Part shown: piece after piece, positions 17,020-24,178 of the stretch
How the letters are laid out: every line of letters starts with the position of its first letter
Position numbering within the stretch: position 1 is the stretch's first letter
Assembly (NCBI GenBank): GCA_964563075.1
Contig: CAZLYG010000001.1
Location: 17,749 to 60,861, forward strand
DNA length: 43,113 bases
Direction of reading: 5' to 3'
From: an uncultured Steroidobacteraceae bacterium
GTDB lineage: Bacteria; Pseudomonadota; Gammaproteobacteria; Steroidobacterales; Steroidobacteraceae
Notes under the pieces: generated by a model
Seen by the model: only the letters and a program-made list of their open reading frames with translations
Told to the model about the DNA's origin: nothing
The model's database searches: none
Program-made: the position numbers and the translations under genes

Positions 17020-18684
17020 TTATTCCACCGGCGGGCGAAATGACAAGGCCCGGTGCCGCAGGCTCTCGGTGACCCCCGATACCGCTCGCAGGATGGCGCC
17101 CTCCGCGGCGATATCCGCGAGCAACCCCTCCACTTTCGGTTGGATGAACTCATCGAGGTCATTCCAATGCAGCGGACGCGCGGCATCGGGCGGCCCGGCC
17201 GCGGCCGTGCGCGCCGCTTCATATAACGGCCTGGTGCCCGGAGACAGGACGGCGCGGGCATCGTAGGTCCCGGCTGCCTGGCTGGCCCGCAGCTCCACGG
17301 CCTGCACTCCACATAACAGCGCGACTGCCAGGTAGTGCTCGAGCACCTCCAGCTGCTCGCGCGCCAGATTCGCGGAGTTCATCGCCTGGCTGTTGATGTT
17401 CTGGTTGAACTGCTCGGCATGGGTAGGAAAGCGATCCGCCACGGACTGTCCGTAGTAGCCGATGAGCGGCATCATCTGGTTGCCGCCGAGCTGCAGGGAC
17501 TTCAGGCCCACGTTGGCGGCGCCCGCCGTGTTGCCCACCAGCGAGGCGGGCAGGCCGTAGTTGAACTCCGGCGTCATCAGCAAGGCGATCTGCACGTCGA
17601 TGTGCTTCGCGAGCAATCCGAGCAGGTAGCGCAGGCTATCCATGGCAACCGCGGTGTACTGGGCGAGGAAGTTGCCCGTGTGGTAGATCTCCGCGGTGTC
17701 CGGATCGATGAGAGGATTGTCGTTGGCGCAGTTAGCCTCGACTTCGACCTGGCTCGCGGCGACAGCGAGGCCGTCTATGATGGGCCCGAGGAACTGCGGC
17801 AGGCAGCGCAACGAATAGCGATCCTGGATGAGCTTGCCGCTGCGGTGCCCCCGCTCGCCGGCAGCCTCATCGCGCATCAGCTGCGAACCGGCGAGCAGCC
17901 GCGCCATTTCCCGCGCGGTCCATACCTGTCCCGGATGAGGCTTCACCGCGTGAATGAACGGCGCGAAGGTCTGGCTGGTCGACAACATCGCCTGCGCATA
18001 CAACGCGTGAATGCCGAGCGCCAGCGATGTCAGATTCTGGGCACGAGCGATGGCATTCGCCGCCACGCCGGTACTGACGCCCGTGCCGTTGTTGAGAGCC
18101 AACCCTTCCTTGGGTTGCAGCTCCAACGGCGCCAGGCCGAGCCGGCGCAAGGCCGTGTGGGAGTCCAGAACATCCCCGCCGAGGTCCACGCGGAAGGCAG
18201 GGTCCAGCCCGAGAATGGCTCCCGCGATGTACGAAAACGGCACGAGATCGCCGCTCGCGCCGATCGAGCCCCGCTGAAACACGTGCGGGATGGCGTTCGC
18301 GTTCAGAAACGCCGCGTAACGCTCGATGATCTCCAGCCGGATGCCGGAAGCGCCCTTGATCAGGGAGTTGGCACGCAGCAGCATCGCTGCGCGCACATCC
18401 GTCGCCGCAAGGCGCGGACCGGTAGTGGTCTTGTGCTGCCACAAGGCGAGCCTCTGCACCTCGACCAGCAGCTCCGGACCGACGTACTGATCGGCCATGC
18501 CGCCGAACAGCGTCGTGACGCCATAGATCTGCTCACCCTTCGCGATCTTGCGCTGGACGGCCTCGCGGGAAGCAGTAACGCGCCCCAACACCGCAGGGTC
18601 GGTGCTGAGACGGACTTTCTCGCCACGCGAGACCGCACTGATCTGGGCGATCGTGAGTCCCGTACCGCTGACGGTCACGGTCAT
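17020..18684 (-). CDS. MIO-dependent aromatic amino acid ammonia-lyase family protein (HAL/PAL/TAL); substrate not assignable
   Basis: MIO-forming triad in GSIGASGDLVPFSYIAG. YGVTTLFGG near the N-terminus. NDNPLID motif. ATG at residue 3 preferred (GAGGAG 9 nt upstream). Stop is 33 nt from the ADH start on the same strand. Confidence 0.85.
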   Translation of the reverse strand: MTVTVSGTGLTIAQISAVSRGEKVRLSTDPAVLGRVTASREAVQRKIAKGEQIYGVTTLFGGMADQYVGPELLVEVQRLALWQHKTTTGPRLAATDVRAAMLLRANSLIKGASGIRLEIIERYAAFLNANAIPHVFQRGSIGASGDLVPFSYIAGAILGLDPAFRVDLGGDVLDSHTALRRLGLAPLELQPKEGLALNNGTGVSTGVAANAIARAQNLTSLALGIHALYAQAMLSTSQTFAPFIHAVKPHPGQVWTAREMARLLAGSQLMRDEAAGERGHRSGKLIQDRYSLRCLPQFLGPIIDGLAVAASQVEVEANCANDNPLIDPDTAEIYHTGNFLAQYTAVAMDSLRYLLGLLAKHIDVQIALLMTPEFNYGLPASLVGNTAGAANVGLKSLQLGGNQMMPLIGYYGQSVADRFPTHAEQFNQNINSQAMNSANLAREQLEVLEHYLAVALLCGVQAVELRASQAAGTYDARAVLSPGTRPLYEAARTAAAGPPDAARPLHWNDLDEFIQPKVEGLLADIAAEGAILRAVSGVTESLRHRALSFRPPVE

Positions 18685-18790
18685 GTGCAAACGCTCCTCA
18701 ACCTCGGGGGGGCCGATCCTACCGTCCCCCGCGTCGCCACGCTTGCGTCCGCGCTATGCTCACTCTCTCCTGCCACCGGAGTACCGAACG

Positions 18791-19618
18791 ATGAACCCCC
18801 AGATCGCCTCGTTCGATCAGATCAAGAACACGGTCCTGGACCTGGCCATCCGCTTCGGGCCGAAGCTGCTCGTGGCCATCCTGATCCTCATCGCAGGCAT
18901 TGCCGTCAGTCGCTGGGTCAGCCGCTGGCTGTTACGGGCCCTGGCCCGCATCGAGCTCGAGCCGCCCGTGCGCGCGCTGCTGGCGCGGGCCGGCTGGGCG
19001 CTCACCTTCACACTCTTCCTGATCCTGGCGCTGGAGAACCTGGGAGTGGAGCTGCTCCCCCTGATCGCCGGCCTGGGAGTGGCGGGCGCAGGGGTCGCCC
19101 TGGCGACCCAGGGTGTCCTGAGCAACGTCGTGGCGGGCCTGTCGATCATTTTCACCAAGCCGTTCCGTGTCGGGGAGTACATCTCGATCGTCCACGAGGA
19201 AGGCCAGGTCCAGGCCATCACCCTGTTCAACACCACCCTCACGCATGCGGATCGCTCCCGCATCGTGATTCCCAATCGCAAGATCGTGGGCGAGATCCTG
19301 CACAATTTCGGCAATATCCGGCAGGTCGACGTGACAGTCGGCGTTGCCTACGACACAGACATCAACGCAGTGCTGACGGCGATCGGTGAGGTGCTGCGCG
19401 CGAACACCCGAGTGCTGCACGAGCCTGCGCCGGTCGTCCAGCCGGTTCTGCTGGGCGAGTCGTCCGTGAGCATCGGGGTACGGCCCTGGGTCCACGTTCA
19501 GGACTACGGCCAGGCGACGGGCGAGATCACCCGGGCGGTCCTGGAGTCCCTGCGCGAGCGCGGGATCGTCATGCCCTTTCCACAACGGGAAGTGCGTCTC
19601 ATCCCGACCGCCGCCTGA
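18791..19618 (+). CDS. small-conductance mechanosensitive channel family protein (MscS-like)
   Basis: Real start MNPQIASF at residue 82 of ORF 18548..19618. Three TM helices, then the MscS pore/beta domain: GVAGAGVALATQGVLSNVVAGLSIIFTKPFRVGEYI. Confidence 0.85.
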   Translation: MNPQIASFDQIKNTVLDLAIRFGPKLLVAILILIAGIAVSRWVSRWLLRALARIELEPPVRALLARAGWALTFTLFLILALENLGVELLPLIAGLGVAGAGVALATQGVLSNVVAGLSIIFTKPFRVGEYISIVHEEGQVQAITLFNTTLTHADRSRIVIPNRKIVGEILHNFGNIRQVDVTVGVAYDTDINAVLTAIGEVLRANTRVLHEPAPVVQPVLLGESSVSIGVRPWVHVQDYGQATGEITRAVLESLRERGIVMPFPQREVRLIPTAA

Positions 19619-19706
19619 TGCCGCACGGTGCACTAAGGATGGGCAGGCCCGCCGCCTGAAGCGCGAGTGCGGCTTTCGAGTGACCACCAGCCGCGCTCCT
19701 GACCGT

Positions 19707-19724
19707 CTGTCACAGTATTGTCAC
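19707..19724 (+). promoter_or_regulatory. Pho-box-like direct repeat CTGTCAC-AGTA-TTGTCAC
   Basis: 14 of 18 positions match the E. coli Pho box CTGTCATA(A/T)A(T/A)CTGT(C/A)A(C/T). Same orientation as the EAL-CBS-GGDEF gene and about 68 nt upstream of it. Core identical to 2241-2254. Confidence 0.4.
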
Positions 19725-19791
19725 CTTCCGAGGCTGCAGCGATGTCGGTTCCGTCACAGCGGGGCAGACCGGACCTTCCTAGCCTGTGCGG

Positions 19792-21582
19792 ATGTCGAGC
19801 GATGTCCGTGCACTGATCGAGCGGGATCAGATCCATTCACTTTTCCAGCCGATCCTGGACGGATCGACCGGAGAGCCGATCGGCTTCGAGGCCCTCTCCA
19901 GGGGACCCTCGGGCTGTCCGCTGCACACACCGGATGCGCTGTTCAGCGCGGCGGCCAAGGCCGGCTGCCTGCAGGATCTGGAGCGCGCCTGTATACGCTC
20001 GGCCATCCGCAGCTTCGCCAAGCTGGACATCCAGGGCCGGCTGTTTCTGAACATGCTCCCGGAAACCCTGCTCGGCTGGCCACAGTTTCCGGACTGGCTC
20101 GCGGAGCGGCTGGGCGTGGCGAACATCGACGCGCACCTGGTCGTGCTGGAGTTGACCGAGCACGGCAGCGTGCAGCATGAGTCGGAGCTGGCGGCGGCCA
20201 TCCGGCCGTTGCGGCGCATGGGCTGCGACATTGCCATCGACGATCTGGGCGCGGGCTCCTCGGGGCTCAAAACGTGGTCGGCGCTGCGACCGGAGTTCGT
20301 CAAGGTCGACCGCTACTTCGTTGCCGGCATCGAGCAGGACCCGGTGCGGGGGGAAATCCTGCGCTCGGTGGTCGAGATGGCCCGCGCCACCGGCTCACAG
20401 GTAGTCGCCGAGGGCATCGAGCTTCCGCAGCAGCTGAGTCTCGTGCTCGAGCTCGGTGTGGACTACGTGCAGGGGTTTCTTTTCGGGCAGCCTCAGAGCA
20501 CGCCGCGCACGACAGGCTGCGCTTTCCCTCATGAGCGGACTCTTCCAGGGCTCTCCGCCGACTGCGCAGAGCACCTCGCCCTTTCGATCCCGGCCGTGCC
20601 CACCACCGCGACCGTCTCGGCGGTCGTGGAGATTTTCCGTCGCAACCGCGCATGGCGCGCGCTGGCGGTCGTCGCGGGCTCCAAACCGGTCGGCCTGGTG
20701 CGCCGGGACGAGCTGCTGATTCTGATCAGTCGCCCGCTGCATCCGGAGATCTACAATCCCAAGCCTGTGACCACGGTCATGGACGCTACCGCTGTGCAGA
20801 TCGACGCTCGCGCACGCCTCGATCAGGTCAGTCGGATGGTCACCGGACAGCCGGCGCGGCAGCAGGAGGATTTCATCATCACGCGGGGCGGGGAGTATCT
20901 GGGTCTCGGACGCTCGATCGACCTGCTGCGTCAGATTACCGCCCAGCAGATCCAGATGGCCAAGCAGGCGAATCCGCTCACCGGCCTGCCCGGCAACCGC
21001 GAGATCCAGGCACAGCTCGGCCAGCTGTTGGCCCGCCGTCGCTCTTTCATCGCCTGCCACCTGGACCTGGACAACTTCAAGGCCTTCAACGACACCTACG
21101 GCTACCAGCGGGGCGATCAGGTGCTGCTGCACGTGGCCACCGTCATACAGAGAAACCTGCGCCCGCGCATGGACTTCATCGGCCACATCGGTGGCGATGA
21201 CTACGTGCTGATGCTGCGCAGCCGCGATTGGTCGATCCGCCTGCTCTCGGTCCTGGAGGAGCTGTCCGTCACGCTCGTGAACTTCCACTCCGCAGAGCAT
21301 CGCCAGGCGGGTCGCATCGTGGCGCACGGACGCGACGGAGCACTCGCGCAGTTTCCGCTGCTGAGCGTGTCCATCGCGGCCGTGGAAGTGGCCCCTGCCC
21401 CGGGCACGACGCTCGAAACGGTTGCGGAGGAGCTGCGCCTGACGAAGGCAGCCGCCAAGGCGCGAACCGGCTCCAGCTGCATACTTTCCAAGGGCGGCCA
21501 GCTCGTTGACCTGCTGTCGAATCCGCTCCTGGAGGACTTCCACACTTCCGAGACCGTCATGGTGAAGGCTCTCGGAAGCTGA
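19792..21582 (+). CDS. c-di-GMP signalling protein, EAL - CBS pair - degenerate GGDEF
   Basis: EAL domain appears intact (FEALSRG, ELTEH, DDLGAG, KVDR, EGIE, QGFLFG). CBS-like middle (VSAVVEIFRRNRAWRALAVV...). C-terminal GGDEF fold (NPLTGLPGNREI, DLDNFKAFND) with the signature degenerated to GGDDY. Confidence 0.85.
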   Translation: MSSDVRALIERDQIHSLFQPILDGSTGEPIGFEALSRGPSGCPLHTPDALFSAAAKAGCLQDLERACIRSAIRSFAKLDIQGRLFLNMLPETLLGWPQFPDWLAERLGVANIDAHLVVLELTEHGSVQHESELAAAIRPLRRMGCDIAIDDLGAGSSGLKTWSALRPEFVKVDRYFVAGIEQDPVRGEILRSVVEMARATGSQVVAEGIELPQQLSLVLELGVDYVQGFLFGQPQSTPRTTGCAFPHERTLPGLSADCAEHLALSIPAVPTTATVSAVVEIFRRNRAWRALAVVAGSKPVGLVRRDELLILISRPLHPEIYNPKPVTTVMDATAVQIDARARLDQVSRMVTGQPARQQEDFIITRGGEYLGLGRSIDLLRQITAQQIQMAKQANPLTGLPGNREIQAQLGQLLARRRSFIACHLDLDNFKAFNDTYGYQRGDQVLLHVATVIQRNLRPRMDFIGHIGGDDYVLMLRSRDWSIRLLSVLEELSVTLVNFHSAEHRQAGRIVAHGRDGALAQFPLLSVSIAAVEVAPAPGTTLETVAEELRLTKAAAKARTGSSCILSKGGQLVDLLSNPLLEDFHTSETVMVKALGS

Positions 21583-21752
21583 GGCGGCGACCGCGGTCTA
21601 CCACCGGCTGCGATAGCGTGGCAGCACACCACAATGTATTGTGATGTCAGTCACGGAGGCAGAAAATCCTTTTCGATTAGTGGGTTGAGAGCTTATTCTC
21701 ACGCCGTGTCCACCTTGACCGCTCGCGCCCGGCGCGCGAGGCTAGAGGCACT

Positions 21753-22679
21753 ATGGCAACTGACGCTCGGTCGATCGCTTCGCTCACCATCTCCTTCGGA
21801 CTCGTGGCGATTCCGGTGAAGCTGTATTCAGCCACCATCGCCTCCGAGCGCATCTCCTTCAATCTGCTGCATCAGAAGGACGGCTCGCGCCTCAAGCAGC
21901 AGTACGTATGCGCCGCCGAGGGCAAGGTCGTGGACCGTTCCGAGATCGTCAAGGGATACGAGTTCGCGAAGGATCAGTATGTGATGTTCACGCCCGCGGA
22001 AATCAAAGCGCTCGAAGAGGCGGGCTCGCCCGAGATCGCCATCGAGGAGTTTGTTCCGCTGGAGTCCGTTGATCCGGTGTACTTCGACAAGACGTACTAC
22101 CTGACACCGGACAAGGGTGGACCGAAGCCGTACACACTGTTGACGACGGCGCTGCGCGATGCCAAGCGCTGTGCGATTGGCCGCTGGGCCGCGCGCGGGC
22201 GCGAGCACATCGTCGTCATCCGCGCAGTCGACACGGGACTGGCGATGCATCAGCTGCACTTCCAGGCCGAGGTGCGCACGATCGGCTCTCTGGGCATCGA
22301 GCCCTCCCAGGTGACGGACGCGGAGCTCAAGCTCGCCCGGCAGCTGATCGAGCAGCAGACCGGCAAGCGCTTCGAGCCCTCCTCTTATGTGGATGAGTTT
22401 CGTGGCCGGGTCGAAGCCGCCATCCAGAAGAAGGTCGAAGGTCAGGAGATTTCTCTGTCGGAAGCCCCCGCCGCAGCGCCGAACCGCAATGTGATCGATC
22501 TGATGGAAGTGTTGCGCCAGAGCATCCAGGCGCGCAGCGCAAAGGCCGCAGGTGACGGGGCGGCGGCCGGCAAATCGCGCCCTGCAGCCGCGGAGAGCGG
22601 ACTCGACGACCTGAAGGCGCGCAAGCCCCCAAAGCGCGCCGCGAAGAGCGCTGCAGCGCGCAAGTCCTCGAGAGGCTGA
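21753..22679 (+). CDS. ku: non-homologous end joining protein Ku
   Basis: N-terminus SIASLTISFGLVAIPVKLYSAT, core YYLTPDKGGPKPYTLL, Lys/Ala-rich basic C-terminal tail. Confidence 0.9.
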   Translation: MATDARSIASLTISFGLVAIPVKLYSATIASERISFNLLHQKDGSRLKQQYVCAAEGKVVDRSEIVKGYEFAKDQYVMFTPAEIKALEEAGSPEIAIEEFVPLESVDPVYFDKTYYLTPDKGGPKPYTLLTTALRDAKRCAIGRWAARGREHIVVIRAVDTGLAMHQLHFQAEVRTIGSLGIEPSQVTDAELKLARQLIEQQTGKRFEPSSYVDEFRGRVEAAIQKKVEGQEISLSEAPAAAPNRNVIDLMEVLRQSIQARSAKAAGDGAAAGKSRPAAAESGLDDLKARKPPKRAAKSAAARKSSRG

Positions 22680-22739
22680 CGCACGCGAGTTGTGCGATCC
22701 TTGCGCACGTGAAGTGCTGCAGAACCTCCAGGGCGTGAC

Positions 22740-23567
22740 ATGCATGCCTTTGGTACGAAGGACCTCGTAGGGCTGGTTGGAATCTCGCGCTCGCGCATTC
22801 GGGCGCTGATCCGCGCCGGTCACGTGCGGCCCGGGAGGGGTCGTCGCGGCGAGCTGCGCTTCTCGTTCCAGGACCTCATCATCCTGCGCACCGCCAAGGC
22901 GCTGGCGGCAGCGTCGATTCCCGTGCGCCGCATCAACCAGTCGCTGCGACAGCTGCAGGCCAGTTTGCCCCCGGAAGTGCCCCTGAGCGGCCTCTCGATC
23001 ACTTCCATCGGCGATCGGATCGCCGTGCGCGAGGGCCTGCAGCAGCGCGAGATCGATTCGGGCCAGTACGTCCTCGCGCTCAACATCATCACCGAAGGCG
23101 GCGAGGTCAAGATTATCGATCAGAGCGCGCGCCCCCGCCCCGCCGCGACCAAAGCTGACATCGACGAAGATGACGGCGACGCGCTCTATCTTGCAGCCGC
23201 CTCGCTGGAAGACGACGACCCGGCCGCGGCTATCGCCACCTACGCGAAGAGTCTCGCTGCCAATCCGCAGCACGCCGAGGCGCGCTTGAATCTGGGCAGA
23301 CTGCTGCATCTTGCAGGGCGATTGCCGGAAGCCGAACGCGTCTACCGCGGAGCGCACCACGTCGACGCAACGCTGCTCTTCAATCTTGGCGTGCTGCTCG
23401 AGGATCTGGGCCGCCGGCCGGAAGCCATCACCACCTACAGGCAAGCGCTCGAGCTCGACGCAACCTTCGCCGACGCGCATTTCAATCTGGCGCGGCTGTA
23501 CGAGCGCGAGCACAACCGTCGGGAAACGCTACGCCACCTGCTCGCGTACCGGCGATTGACGCGGTAG
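22740..23567 (+). CDS. HTH (MerR/excisionase-like) plus TPR-repeat protein
   Basis: N-terminus KDLVGLVGISRSRIRALIRAGHV is helix-turn-helix-like. C-terminal TPR units (AIATYAKSLAANPQHAEARLNLGRLL, EAITTYRQALELDATFADAHFNLARLY). 60 nt downstream of ku on the same strand. Confidence 0.6.
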   Translation: MHAFGTKDLVGLVGISRSRIRALIRAGHVRPGRGRRGELRFSFQDLIILRTAKALAAASIPVRRINQSLRQLQASLPPEVPLSGLSITSIGDRIAVREGLQQREIDSGQYVLALNIITEGGEVKIIDQSARPRPAATKADIDEDDGDALYLAAASLEDDDPAAAIATYAKSLAANPQHAEARLNLGRLLHLAGRLPEAERVYRGAHHVDATLLFNLGVLLEDLGRRPEAITTYRQALELDATFADAHFNLARLYEREHNRRETLRHLLAYRRLTR

Positions 23568-23736
23568 CAAGAGGTGGGTTGCCCTGCCGCAGTGCATCCA
23601 CCGGGGGCACATCCGCCACGCGGACGCCTACCCTGTCGGACGATAGCCGACAAAAAGCTCCCCTGGAACCCTACAGATTCGCCCCCACCGTCCGCTCAGG
23701 ATGGAGGGGCAGCGCATGGGTAACGGAGGTTCTTTT

Positions 23737-24156
23737 ATGAAAAATCCGCTTCCGACGGCTCTGGCTATCCCGCTCCTGCTATTGGCGGGAGCGGCGTACT
23801 CGGCACCCGCTCAGCCTCCGCGCCATCGGCTGGATTTGAGCATTCCGAACTTCACCAGCCCGCGATGGCAGGAACGTCTGCAAGGTCCCACGATCGACCA
23901 CGAGTACACGCCGATGGAGTCCGTGCTCGTGACGCCACCGCTGGAAAGCAAATCCAATCTGACGGTGGCACCCGCCGGGGTCGGCTCCCTGTACTGGGCA
24001 GTGACGCATCCGACAGAATCCTGGCGAATCCTGCTGCCCACACAGGCGGGGGACGAGTTCAATACCGAGCGTGAGATCGCGCTGGCCTACAACGATCCGT
24101 ACTCGGATTGCCCGGGGTTCCCGGGAACGCCGAACGTGCGGCCGGAGTGCAACTAG
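23737..24156 (+). CDS. small secreted protein, function unknown
   Basis: GGAGG 6-7 nt before ATG at residue 13. Signal peptide MKNPLPTALAIPLLLLAGAAYSAPA. Two Cys near the C-terminus. No family recognised. Confidence 0.5.
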   Translation: MKNPLPTALAIPLLLLAGAAYSAPAQPPRHRLDLSIPNFTSPRWQERLQGPTIDHEYTPMESVLVTPPLESKSNLTVAPAGVGSLYWAVTHPTESWRILLPTQAGDEFNTEREIALAYNDPYSDCPGFPGTPNVRPECN

Positions 24157-24178
24157 CCGGGGGCCCGTTGGGGTCACC

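Noticed and set aside
17020-18684. Calling the ammonia-lyase hutH (histidine utilisation)
   Set aside because: No hutU, hutI, hutG or hutC genes are nearby. The MIO flank is PAL-like and the selectivity positions do not read Ser-His. I kept it as a family-level call only.
18706-18712. G7 homopolymer in the ammonia-lyase/MscS divergent promoter region as a phase-variation tract
   Set aside because: Seven residues is short for slipped-strand switching, and such runs are common in high-GC DNA. There is no supporting context.
14833-19389. 736-aa (14833..17043) and 684-aa (17335..19389) plus-strand ORFs
   Set aside because: They are antisense to the PQQ dehydrogenase and the ammonia-lyase. Composition is Arg/Gly/Ala/Pro-rich and no motifs are recognisable. 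The opposite-strand proteins carry unambiguous family signatures.
21624-21645. Possible sigma-54 promoter (TGGCAG) upstream of ku
   Set aside because: The -12 element (TTGC) is missing at the required spacing. Only the GG-containing half is present.
21828-23513. 561-aa minus-strand ORF spanning ku and the HTH-TPR gene
   Set aside because: It is antisense to two genes with clear signatures (Ku core, TPR repeats). The sequence is low-complexity and Arg/Ala/Gly-rich.
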